NCBI GenBank assembly: GCA_019348495.1
Contig: JAHWJI010000004.1
Coordinates: 1 to 54,828 of the forward strand
DNA from: Actinomycetota bacterium
GTDB lineage: Bacteria; Actinomycetota; Acidimicrobiia; Acidimicrobiales; CADCSY01
Reading direction: 5' to 3'
DNA: 54,828 nt
Below the pieces are notes generated by a model. That model had not been told where the DNA came from. It searched no databases and saw only the letters and a program-made list of their open reading frames with translations. Below, in pieces: positions 46,616-54,828 of this stretch (positions are counted from its first letter, which is position 1; each line of letters opens with the position of its first letter). Position numbers and translations under genes: made by a program.

Positions 46616-47433
46616 CAGGTCCCGTGGGCCTCGACGGCCTCGGCCACGACCTCGTCGAGGTCGACCGGATGCCCGGGGCCCAACGGCGACGATCCTGGCG
46701 TCGGGGCCAGAAGGTGGACCAGGAACTCGACGTTGCCGTCGGCGCCGGTGAGGGGCGAGGCCATGGCGCCCATGATGGTCGCTCCGCCGGCTGCCACCGA
46801 GTCCGCCACCCGTTCCAGCACCTGGCGCCACACCGTCGGGTCGCGCACCACTCCCCGCCCCTTGCTCACCTCCCGGCGACCGGCCTCGAACTGGGGCTTG
46901 ACCAGCACGACCATGGCCGCCCCGGGAACCGCCAGGGCCAAGAGGCTGGGCAGCACCGTGCGCAGCGAGATGAACGACACGTCGGCCACCACCACCTGCA
47001 CCGGGCCCCCGACGTCGCCGGCCTCCAGGGCCCGGATGTCGGTCCGCTCTCGCACGATCACCCGAGGGTCGGCCCGCAGGCGCTCGTGGAGCTGGCCGTG
47101 GCCCACGTCCACGGCCACCACCGAGGTGGCGCCCCGCTGGAGCAGGCAGTCGGTGAAGCCGCCGGTCGAGGCCCCGGCATCGAGCGCACGACGACCGGCG
47201 ACGGCCACCTCGAAGCGCTCGAGGGCGGCCGCGAGCTTCTCGCCTCCCCGACCGACGAAGCGGGGGGGCGGCCCGAGGACGGCGATGGGCTGGGCCGGGG
47301 CGACGAGCGTGGCCGCCTTGGTGGCCGGCGCTCCCGACACCACCACCCGACCGGCCTCGATCTCGGCCGCGGCCCGGGCCCGACTGGCCACCAGCCCCCG
47401 CCGCACCAGCTCGGTGTCGAGGCGCCGGCGCAC
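46615..47433 (-). CDS. tlyA: TlyA rRNA 2'-O-methyltransferase
   Basis: S4-like N-terminus, GGEKL, DAGASTGGFTD, DVSFISL, KPQFE and GNVEF motifs. Confidence 0.96.
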   Translation of the reverse strand: MRRRLDTELVRRGLVASRARAAAEIEAGRVVVSGAPATKAATLVAPAQPIAVLGPPPRFVGRGGEKLAAALERFEVAVAGRRALDAGASTGGFTDCLLQRGATSVVAVDVGHGQLHERLRADPRVIVRERTDIRALEAGDVGGPVQVVVADVSFISLRTVLPSLLALAVPGAAMVVLVKPQFEAGRREVSKGRGVVRDPTVWRQVLERVADSVAAGGATIMGAMASPLTGADGNVEFLVHLLAPTPGSSPLGPGHPVDLDEVVAEAVEAHGT

Positions 47434-47442
47434 GAGCCGACG

Positions 47443-48366
47443 CTACCCCCGAGCCAGCCGGTCTCCCGGGCCGCCGGCCGACGGCGCCGCCGACGGCACC
47501 AGCGCCGGTCGGCCGTGGTCGCCTACGTGCTCGTCGAGGCCGGCCCGGCGGTGGCGGCGCCGCCCTCCACTGGCGAGGAAGACGGCTGCGAACACCGTCG
47601 CGCCCACCAGGACGATGGTGGGCCCCGACTGCACGTCGAGGTGGTAGCTGAGGTTCATCCCCACGAAGCCACACACGGCGCCGATGGCCGTGGCCAGCAC
47701 CAGCATGCGGGTGAAGGAGTCGCTGAGCATGCGGGCCACGCTGGCGGGGATCACCAGCGTGGCGGCGATGAGGGTCACCCCCAGCACCCGCATGGTGGCG
47801 AGGATGGACGCGGCCAACACGAGCATGAGCAGGGCATCCACGCGCGCCACCGGGACACCCGAGACCTCGGCCACCTCGGGGTCGAAGGTGGTGAACAGCA
47901 ACGCCCGGTAGCGCAGGAACACCACGGCGGCGGCCAGGACCGTCACCGCCGCCACCACCCACACGTCGCCGGCGGCCACGCCGAGGATGCTGCCGAACAG
48001 GGCGGCGTCGAAGCTGCCGCCCGCCCCCCCGAACAGGGCGAACAGGGCCAGGCCCAAGGCAAACGAGGCGGTGGTGATCACCCCGATGGCGGCGTCGGCG
48101 CCGATCACCCGCCGGCGGGTCACCCCGTTGATCATGAGGGCCGAGGCCACCCCCCAGGCGCCGGCGCCGAGGAAGAAGTTGACGCCGAGCAGGGCGCTGG
48201 CGGCGAAGCCGCCGAAGATGGCGTGGGACAGGCCGTGGCCGATGTAGCTCATGCCCTTGAGCACGACGTAGACCCCGATCAGGCCGCACAGCGCACCGGC
48301 CAGGGTGGCCACGGCCAGGCCGTTGCGGAAGAACTCGAACTCGAAGGGGGCCAGCAGTTGGTCCAT
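47443..48366 (-). CDS. Zn/Mn ABC transporter permease
   Basis: LSHA, LFGSIL and FD...A...G motifs, multi-TM. Confidence 0.92.
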   Translation of the reverse strand: MDQLLAPFEFEFFRNGLAVATLAGALCGLIGVYVVLKGMSYIGHGLSHAIFGGFAASALLGVNFFLGAGAWGVASALMINGVTRRRVIGADAAIGVITTASFALGLALFALFGGAGGSFDAALFGSILGVAAGDVWVVAAVTVLAAAVVFLRYRALLFTTFDPEVAEVSGVPVARVDALLMLVLAASILATMRVLGVTLIAATLVIPASVARMLSDSFTRMLVLATAIGAVCGFVGMNLSYHLDVQSGPTIVLVGATVFAAVFLASGGRRRHRRAGLDEHVGDHGRPALVPSAAPSAGGPGDRLARG

Positions 48367-49160
48367 CACCGGGCCCGGCGCATGCGCACCACGTTGTCGG
48401 CGCTCCGGTAGTGGTCGACGATCACGGGCATGCCACCGTGCTCGAGCACCTCCATGGTGGCGCCGTAGGTGCGCTCCAGGACCTCGGCGGTGAGCACCTC
48501 CCGGGGAGGGCCGGCCCCGATGACCTCCCGGTTGAGGCACACCACGTGGGGCAGGTGGGCGGCGATGCCGTTGAGGTCGTGGGTGGTGACCACGATCGAC
48601 AGGCCGTCGCCGTTGAGGTCGTCGAGCAGGTGGAGCACCTCGTGGCGGGTCTTGACGTCCACGCCGGACGTGGGCTCGTCCATCAACAGCAGCTGGGGGC
48701 GGGCCAACAGGGCCCGGGCGATGAACATGCGCTGCTGCTGGCCCCCCGACAGCTCCCTGATGTGGCGACCGACCAGCTCGGCGATGCCCAGGCGCTCGAG
48801 GACCTCTGCCACCTCGGCCCGCTCGGCCCGGCTGGGCCAGGGCAGGCGGCGCCCGGCGGTGCGGGCCATGAGCACGCACTCGCCCACGGTCACCGGGAAG
48901 CTCCAGTCGACCGTGTCCACCTGGGGCACGTAGGAGGTGGTCAGCCCCGGCCGGCGCCGGACCGTGCCGGCAACGGGACGGGTGGTCCCCATGATGGCCT
49001 TCAACAGGGTCGTCTTGCCCGAACCCGACGGCCCCACCACGCCGCTGAACTGGCCCGCGGCCAGGCGGAGATCGACGTCGAGGAGCACCGGCTGCGAGCC
49101 GTAGGCGCAGCTCACCCGCTCGAGTGCGACCAGGGCCTCGCCGCCGCCGGCGCTGCTCAC
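48366..49160 (-). CDS. Zn/Mn ABC transporter ATP-binding protein
   Basis: GPSGSGKT, YVPQ, LSGGQQQR, DEPT and THDL motifs. Confidence 0.94.
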   Translation of the reverse strand: MSSAGGGEALVALERVSCAYGSQPVLLDVDLRLAAGQFSGVVGPSGSGKTTLLKAIMGTTRPVAGTVRRRPGLTTSYVPQVDTVDWSFPVTVGECVLMARTAGRRLPWPSRAERAEVAEVLERLGIAELVGRHIRELSGGQQQRMFIARALLARPQLLLMDEPTSGVDVKTRHEVLHLLDDLNGDGLSIVVTTHDLNGIAAHLPHVVCLNREVIGAGPPREVLTAEVLERTYGATMEVLEHGGMPVIVDHYRSADNVVRMRRAR

Positions 49161-50203
49161 TGCGGGTACTCGGCCTCGTCGGGGGCGACGTTGGCGACCC
49201 GGAGCTCTCGCAGCGCCGTGGCGTCACCGCCCAGGGCCTCGGTCATGGTCACGTAGTCGAAGCGCATGAGGCCGAGCCAGGAGTGCTCGGCGTCGCCGGG
49301 CCCGGCCGGCAGGTCGTCGTCGCGCAGCACGTCGACGTAGGCCACCTCGGCCTCCCTGCCGATCTGTTCCAGCACCGGGCTGGGGAAGACCTCGGAGCCG
49401 AAGATGGCGGGGACCCCCTCGGCCTCGACCTGGCCGATGAGGGCGGCCACGTCCTTGGGGGTGGGGTCCTCGAAGTCCGACACCTGGATGGCGCCGATCA
49501 CCTCCCAGCCGTAGTCCCGGGCGAAGTAGGCGTAGGCGTCGTGGTAGGTGAGCAGCTTGCGCTGGCCGTCGGGGATGGTGGCGAACGACTGGCGCATGGC
49601 CGCGTCGAGCCCGCCGACGATCCCCTCGAACGCCTCCAGGTTGCCCCTGTAGTACTCGGCGTCGTCGGGGTCGCGCGCGGCCAGGTCGCCGGCCACGATC
49701 TCGGCGTAGCGCAGGGCGAGCGGGGGGTCGGTCCACAGGTGCGGGTTGGGCCTTCCCTCCTCCCTGGGGAAGGAGAAGTCGTAGATGTGCTCCTCTTCGG
49801 GGAGCGCCAACGTGCCCAGCTCCACCATCTCGGCGCCGTCGGCCAGGTTGGCTTCGGCCAGCTCCCTGGTGGGCTCCTCCAGCCCCAGGCCGTTCAGGTA
49901 GACCACGTCGACGCTCGACAGCAGCTCGGCCACGCTGGGCCGGGGCTCGAAGGTGTGGGAGTTGGTCCCCTCCGGCACGATGCCGGTGATGTCGGCCCGG
50001 TCGCCGGCGATGTTGGCCACGATGCTGGTGATGGGGGCCACGGTGGTGGCGATGGCCAGGCGGTCGCCGTCCGTTCCTCGGGTGTCCCCGGCGCCCCCTC
50101 GCCCCTGCTCGTCGCCGGCCCCGCCACATGCGCCCGCCAGCAACCAGGTGACCAACAGGGCCAGCAGGACGCGGGGGCCGGCAGATCCCAACGCTCGGGC
50201 CAC
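49157..50203 (-). CDS. Zn/Mn ABC substrate-binding lipoprotein (cluster A-I)
   Basis: Lipobox-like LAGAC, SHTFEP, NGLGLE, NPHLW and HDAY.YF motifs. Start set at GTG 50203, 7 nt below TAGGAT. Confidence 0.92.
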   Translation of the reverse strand: MARALGSAGPRVLLALLVTWLLAGACGGAGDEQGRGGAGDTRGTDGDRLAIATTVAPITSIVANIAGDRADITGIVPEGTNSHTFEPRPSVAELLSSVDVVYLNGLGLEEPTRELAEANLADGAEMVELGTLALPEEEHIYDFSFPREEGRPNPHLWTDPPLALRYAEIVAGDLAARDPDDAEYYRGNLEAFEGIVGGLDAAMRQSFATIPDGQRKLLTYHDAYAYFARDYGWEVIGAIQVSDFEDPTPKDVAALIGQVEAEGVPAIFGSEVFPSPVLEQIGREAEVAYVDVLRDDDLPAGPGDAEHSWLGLMRFDYVTMTEALGGDATALRELRVANVAPDEAEYPQ

Positions 50204-50217
50204 CGCCGAGATCCTAG

Positions 50218-50250
50218 TGCGTCGTGGTCTTTTTTTGCGTCCAGGTCGCA
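50218..50250. promoter_or_regulatory. Candidate Fur/Zur-family operator upstream of the metal ABC operon
   Basis: 7-1-7 inverted repeat TGCGTCC-A-GGTCGCA (50236-50250) and a partial second copy at 50218. Confidence 0.45.
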
Positions 50251-50391
50251 CGTCGTCCCCCAACCTCCCGGCCAGTCACCACGACTGTGCACCGGCTTCG
50301 ACCTGCCGTAGGCGCAACGACCGATCAGCTTCCTGGGCGGAGAGGGTGAGACCACCACCACGTCGGCAGGCTGGCCAGGAGATCCCGCAGC

Positions 50392-50865
50392 TCAGGCTTG
50401 GGTGGGGGTCCTGCGGTCCCCCGCCACTCGCTCGGTGCCTTCCTCGGCGCACCGCCGGCACCGGCCCACGATGGCGAAGTGGTTGGCCCGCATGTCGAAG
50501 CCGAAATCGCGCTCGAGGGTCTCCTCGACGCCGGCGAAGAGGTCGGCCGGCGCCTCCACCACCCATCCGCACTCCTCGCACACCAGGTGCTGGTGGACGT
50601 CGTCGGCCAGGTGGTAGACGGCCGGACCGTGCCCGAGGTGGGTGTGCTCGACGATGCCCAGGCGCCGCAGGGTCTCGAGCGTGCGGTAGATGGTGGCCCG
50701 GTGGATGGCGGGGTTGGTGCGGGCCACCTCGACCGACAGTTGATCGGCGCTGAGGTGCTCGTCGGCGTGGGCCATGACCGACAGCAGGGCGTGGCGTGCC
50801 GTGGTCAGGCGCTCACCCCGGCGCCGGAGGGCGTCGAGCAGCTCGGGGAGTCGCTCCTTGCCCAT
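50392..50865 (-). CDS. Fur-family metalloregulator, Zur-like
   Basis: RLT..R, H.SA, ATIYRTL, HQHLVCEECG and C-terminal CRRC. Adjacent to the metal ABC genes. Confidence 0.9.
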   Translation of the reverse strand: MGKERLPELLDALRRRGERLTTARHALLSVMAHADEHLSADQLSVEVARTNPAIHRATIYRTLETLRRLGIVEHTHLGHGPAVYHLADDVHQHLVCEECGWVVEAPADLFAGVEETLERDFGFDMRANHFAIVGRCRRCAEEGTERVAGDRRTPTQA

Positions 50866-50933
50866 GGCCGGAGCGTACCCACGGGGCGCAGTCGCACCCG
50901 GCAAGGAGGGCACGGGTGTGCCAGAGTCTGGCG

Positions 50934-51764
50934 ATGTTCCCGCTTCGGGACAACAACCCCACCCGGCGGGTCCCTGTCCTCACCATCCTGCTCATACTGG
51001 TCAACATCGGGGTCTACTTCCTGGTCCAGCCCGAGGGCCAGCAGCTCCTCGGCCAGGTCTCCACCGACGTGGAGGGGGCCGAGGCGACCCGCTTCAGCTT
51101 CGAGTACGCCGCCATCCCCTGTGAGGTCACCACGGGCGAGCCTCTGAGCGTCGGTGAGCTCCCCCAAGGCAGCGGCGACATGGCCGACTGCGAAGCTGAG
51201 AGCTCCGAGCCGCCCGTCTTCCCCGACAAGCGGGTGTGGCTGGCGGTGGTGTTCTCGATGTTCTTCCACGGCGGCCTGCTGCACCTCGGCGGCAACATGC
51301 TCTTCCTGTGGGTCTTCGGCAACAACATCGAGGACCACCTGGGGCCGGCGCGCTTCTTGGCCTTCTACCTGATCGGCGGCATAGTGGCCACCGGCGCCCA
51401 CATCCTGGTCCAGCCCGACAGCACCATCCCCCTGGTGGGAGCCTCGGGGGCGGTGGCCGCGGTGATGGGCGCCTACCTGGTCTGGTTCCCCAACGCCCCG
51501 GTGCTCACGGCGTTCTTCTTCATCTTGATCCTGTTCCGGGAGATCTCGGCCAAGTGGCTGCTCGGCTTCTGGTTCATCTCCCAGTTCTTCGTCAACCCCA
51601 ACGCCGGGGTGGCCTGGATGGCCCACGTGGGTGGGTTCGTCTTCGGGGTGGCCATCGGCCTGGTGATCCGGGCCAGTGGTGCCGCCCGGGGGATCGCCTG
51701 GCGCGAGGACTACCTCGAACCTGGAGCCGACCCCTTCGCCGACCGCCGGCCCCGCCGCTACTGA
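50934..51764 (+). CDS. Rhomboid intramembrane serine protease
   Basis: MFFHGG..HL.GNM, GASG and AHVGG motifs. Confidence 0.93.
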   Translation: MFPLRDNNPTRRVPVLTILLILVNIGVYFLVQPEGQQLLGQVSTDVEGAEATRFSFEYAAIPCEVTTGEPLSVGELPQGSGDMADCEAESSEPPVFPDKRVWLAVVFSMFFHGGLLHLGGNMLFLWVFGNNIEDHLGPARFLAFYLIGGIVATGAHILVQPDSTIPLVGASGAVAAVMGAYLVWFPNAPVLTAFFFILILFREISAKWLLGFWFISQFFVNPNAGVAWMAHVGGFVFGVAIGLVIRASGAARGIAWREDYLEPGADPFADRRPRRY

Positions 51765-52546
51765 TCCGTCGCGCCCCCCTCGGCGCGCTCCGGCTCGGCG
51801 CCGTCCAACTCGGCGGCGACCAGCTCGGCCAGGTCAGCGGCGACGGCGTCGGGTACCGGTTCGGCGTCGGGATCCACCGACTCGGTGACGCCCGACAGCA
51901 CCAATGCGAAGCGCGCGCCCAGGAGCACGGCCAGGCTCCCGTCGGTGGTGATCCGGTCGCCCACCACCGTCAGGTCGTCCTCGCCCACCATCGACCGCAC
52001 CACCGCAGCCATGGGCTCGTGGGGCTTGCCCGCCACCTCGGGCTCGACCCCCGCCGCCGTGGCCACGGCCGCGAGGATGGGCCCAGCACCAGGGACGGGC
52101 CCGTCGGGGGTGGGAAAGGTGGCGTCGGAGTTGGTGCCGATCAGGCGGGCGCCGTCCGCCACCGCCCGGTGCGCCGCCCGCAGACGCTCGTAGTCGAAGT
52201 CCTGGTGGAACCCCACCACCACCGCATCGGCCGGCCCTTCCTGGCGCACGGTGACGCCGCGCGCCTCCAGAGCCTCGACCACGCCCGGGCCCCCGCAGAC
52301 CACGGCGGTGGAACCCGACTCCAGCATGGAGGCGGCGGCGCCGGCCGAGTTCACCACGTCGCCCTCGGCGTCGATGCCCATCGACGCCAGCTTCTCCTCC
52401 TGCTCGGCGACACGGACGCCGGAGTTGTTGGTCACGAACACCACCCGTTGCCCAGTAGCCCGGAGCCGGGCCACCGCGTCGGCAGAACCGGCGATCGGCT
52501 CGTCGCCCAACCACATCACGCCGTCGAGATCGATCACCCAGGCCAC
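51758..52546 (-). CDS. HAD-IIA (NagD-like) phosphatase
   Basis: DLDGV, TNN, GKP and VGDR..TD motifs. Confidence 0.92.
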   Translation of the reverse strand: MAWVIDLDGVMWLGDEPIAGSADAVARLRATGQRVVFVTNNSGVRVAEQEEKLASMGIDAEGDVVNSAGAAASMLESGSTAVVCGGPGVVEALEARGVTVRQEGPADAVVVGFHQDFDYERLRAAHRAVADGARLIGTNSDATFPTPDGPVPGAGPILAAVATAAGVEPEVAGKPHEPMAAVVRSMVGEDDLTVVGDRITTDGSLAVLLGARFALVLSGVTESVDPDAEPVPDAVAADLAELVAAELDGAEPERAEGGATDQ

Positions 52547-52628
52547 AACCGCCGAACGTACTCGCCGTCAGCGCGCCGAGCCCTGTGCCTGGTTGCGGCG
52601 AGCGACAGCGAGCCTGTAGGCAGAGAGC

Positions 52629-53852
52629 GTGCCCCGCTTCGAGCCGTTCGCCGGCCTGCGCTACCAGATGTCCGCCAACCTCGATCCGGTCACGGCCCCC
52701 CCGTACGATGTGATCGACGAGCCCGAGCGAGCCGAGCTGGCGGCACGCAGCCCCTACAACGCCGTGCGCCTCGAGCTGCCCGTCGACGACGACGCCGAGG
52801 AGGGGGAAGACCGCTACCAGGCCGCCGCTCGGCTCCTGCGCCGGTGGGTGGAGATCGGCATGGTCGTGGCCGACGACCCCGCCTCGTTCTACCTCTACCG
52901 CATGGGCTACCACGATGAGGTGGGTCGGCCCCGCCAGACCACGGGTGTGATCGGCGCCCTCGGGCTGGAGCCGCTCGGTGAGGGCGACGTGTTGCCCCAC
53001 GAGCACACCACCGCCCGGGCCAAGAGCGACCGCCTCCAACTCCTGGAAGCGACCAAGTGCAACGTGTCGCCCATCTGGTGCCTCTCGTTGGCCCAGGGAC
53101 TGGCCGCCATGGTGGAGCCGCTCGGCCCGCCCTTCGCCCGCAGCACCGACGACGAGGGCGTGCACCACCGGCTGTGGCGGGTCAACTCCCCGGCGATCGT
53201 CGACACCATCGCCGAGGTCGTGGCCTCGGCTCCGGTGATCATCGCCGACGGTCACCACCGCTACGAGACCGCCCTGGCCTATCGCGACCAACGGGAGGCG
53301 ACGACATCGGGGTTTGCCGGCCACGACCTCGTCATGGCCCTGGTGGTGGAGCTGGCTGAGGACGAGGTCTCGGTGCGGCCCATCCACCGCCTGCTCACCG
53401 GCCTGCCCGAGGACCTCGACGTGGTCGAGGCGTTGTCGGGGTGGTTCCAGGTCGAAGAGATCGCCGACGCCAACGGGCCCGTCAACGGTGTGGCCCTGGC
53501 TGAGAGCATGGCCGCCGCCGGCGCCCTCGGCCTGGCTCTTCCCGACGGCCGGACAGTGCTGTTGCACCCACGTGCCGGGGTGTTTCCCGACGACGTGCTC
53601 GACCTCGACGCCTCCCGGGCCGATCTGGCCCGGGAGGGCCTGCCCCCTCACGAGGTGGCCTACCGCCACGATGCCTGTGACGTGGTGGCCCGGGTCAGGG
53701 ATGCACCGGGATCAGCCGGTCTGCTCCTACGACCGGCCACCGTGGACCAGATCGCCGACGCCGCCCGCCAGGGCGTGCGCATGCCCCCGAAGACGACGTA
53801 CTTCCACCCCAAGCCCCGCACGGGCATGGTCTTCCGCTCCATCGACCGCTGA
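52629..53852 (+). CDS. DUF1015 family protein
   Basis: APPYDVI, PHE.T, IADGHHRYETA and MPPKTTYFHPK motifs. Confidence 0.9.
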   Translation: MPRFEPFAGLRYQMSANLDPVTAPPYDVIDEPERAELAARSPYNAVRLELPVDDDAEEGEDRYQAAARLLRRWVEIGMVVADDPASFYLYRMGYHDEVGRPRQTTGVIGALGLEPLGEGDVLPHEHTTARAKSDRLQLLEATKCNVSPIWCLSLAQGLAAMVEPLGPPFARSTDDEGVHHRLWRVNSPAIVDTIAEVVASAPVIIADGHHRYETALAYRDQREATTSGFAGHDLVMALVVELAEDEVSVRPIHRLLTGLPEDLDVVEALSGWFQVEEIADANGPVNGVALAESMAAAGALGLALPDGRTVLLHPRAGVFPDDVLDLDASRADLAREGLPPHEVAYRHDACDVVARVRDAPGSAGLLLRPATVDQIADAARQGVRMPPKTTYFHPKPRTGMVFRSIDR

Positions 53853-53876
53853 CGGCTCGCCGTTGTAGGGTGTGCT

Positions 53877-54828
53877 GTGGCCAAGAGGCGCCAGCCCACC
53901 CGCGAGGAGATCGAGCAGGAAGCGGCGGCCGAGCTGAACCGATCGATGCAGCGCTCGTTGGCCTCCTCCGAGTCCGCCTACCCCGCCCCAGCCCGACCGG
54001 CACCGCGCCCGGAGGAGGACGAACCGCCGCAGTGGACCCCGGAGTACGAGGAGAGCTCGGGGTGGGACATCAGCGCTGAGGCTCGCCTGTCGGCGGCCGA
54101 AGAGGAAGAGGCCGTCACCGGCTTGGCCATCCAGCAGTTGGCCGAGCGCTGGGGCCGCAGCGCCCCCGAGGACCACATCATCGCCCGCCTGCACCCGTCG
54201 CAGGCCGAGGAGGCACGCGACCGGGCCCTGCGCGAGGCAGTGGCCCGCCAGGCCCGCTTCGCCAAGCCCATCCGCCGGGTCCCGGTGCCCACGCAGACCA
54301 CTCGGGGCTTCTCCAGCTCATGGACCAACAGCTCACCCGGGGCCGCGGGCAGCGAGCCCATGGTGTGGGAGTCGGCCATGCCCATCACCAGCGCAGCCGA
54401 GAAGGCTGCCCCGGCGAAGAAGGCCCCGGCCAGGAAAGCTCCGGCGAAGAAGGCTGCGCCGGCCAAGAAAGCGCCGGCCAAGAAAGCCCCGGCGAAGAAG
54501 GCCCCGGCGAAGAAGGCCCCGGCCAAGAAAGCCCCGGCGAAGAAGGCCCCGGCCAAGAAAGCGCCGGCCAAGAAAGCCCCGGCGAAGAAGGCCCCGGCCA
54601 AGAAAGCCCCGGCGAAGAAAGCCCCGGCCAAGAAAGCTCCGGCCAAGAAAGCCCCGGCGAAGAAAGCCCCGGCCAAGAACGCTTCGGCGAAGAAAGCTCC
54701 CGCCAAGAACGCTGCGCCGGCCAAGAAGGCGTCAGCCCGGAAGGCCCCGGCCAACGAGGCGGCGCCGGCGAAGAAAGCTCCCGCCAAGAACGCTGCGCCG
54801 GCCAAAAGGGCGCCCAGCCGAAGGGGTG
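53877..54828 (+). CDS. Partial protein with acidic N-terminal region and histone-H1-like PAKKA-repeat tail
   Basis: Not in ORF track because no stop falls in the window. GTG 53877 lies 5 nt below TAGGGT. Translation [27 protein letters not shown]... is open to the end. Confidence 0.8.
   Translation, partial: MAKRRQPTREEIEQEAAAELNRSMQRSLASSESAYPAPARPAPRPEEDEPPQWTPEYEESSGWDISAEARLSAAEEEEAVTGLAIQQLAERWGRSAPEDHIIARLHPSQAEEARDRALREAVARQARFAKPIRRVPVPTQTTRGFSSSWTNSSPGAAGSEPMVWESAMPITSAAEKAAPAKKAPARKAPAKKAAPAKKAPAKKAPAKKAPAKKAPAKKAPAKKAPAKKAPAKKAPAKKAPAKKAPAKKAPAKKAPAKKAPAKKAPAKNASAKKAPAKNAAPAKKASARKAPANEAAPAKKAPAKNAAPAKRAPSRRG
54401..54815 (+). repeat. Coding 15-bp tandem repeat (GCC CCG GCS AAG AAR, encoding APAKK), roughly 25 units
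   Basis: Directly visible, with much of the variation at third codon positions. Confidence 0.92.

Noticed and set aside
50230-50236. A7 run as a programmed frameshift or phase-variation site in the binding-protein gene
   Set aside because: The likely start is GTG 50203, so the run lies in the promoter spacer rather than in coding sequence.
53978-54805. Minus-strand [10 protein letters not shown] repeat ORF resembling a pentapeptide-repeat or membrane protein
   Set aside because: It is the antisense of the PAKKA gene, which has a promoter-linked start and typical codon usage.
54401-54815. Possible CRISPR array
   Set aside because: The units are contiguous 15-bp coding repeats with no unique spacers, and there are no cas genes.

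Overview
A very GC-rich actinobacterial chromosomal segment, probably Acidimicrobiia-like (inferred from gene content and order). It is almost fully coding, with about 54 genes. Most of it is a core housekeeping block on the minus strand: tlyA-nadK-recN-steA-steB, a six-gene lipid-linked glycan/glycosyltransferase cluster, then pyrG-NUDIX-ald-xerD-dksA-like-M50, trpS (plus strand), scpA-scpB-rluB-aroH-tyrA-aroA-cmk-plsC and DUF512-der. It also holds a Fur/Zur-family gene with a metal ABC operon, a flavin reductase-crcB-mobA-rhodanese-rnd run and assorted hydrolases. Two real genes at the window edges are missing from the ORF track: a secreted coiled-coil protein and a protein with a long PAKKA tail. 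I saw no tRNA, rRNA, CRISPR array, prophage or intact transposase. The most interesting signals are a pyrG leader resembling a CTP-sensing start-site-switch hairpin with a coupled 6-aa uORF, an uncharacterised glycan-assembly cluster translationally coupled to steAB, a 7-bp bidirectional -10 element between two leaderless genes, a candidate 7-1-7 Zur-family operator, an orphan RiPP-like peptide beside a decayed WYL gene, and a TA-flanked MITE-like hairpin. All functional calls come from reading motifs by eye; no searches were run. Many start codons were moved from the ORF-track positions.
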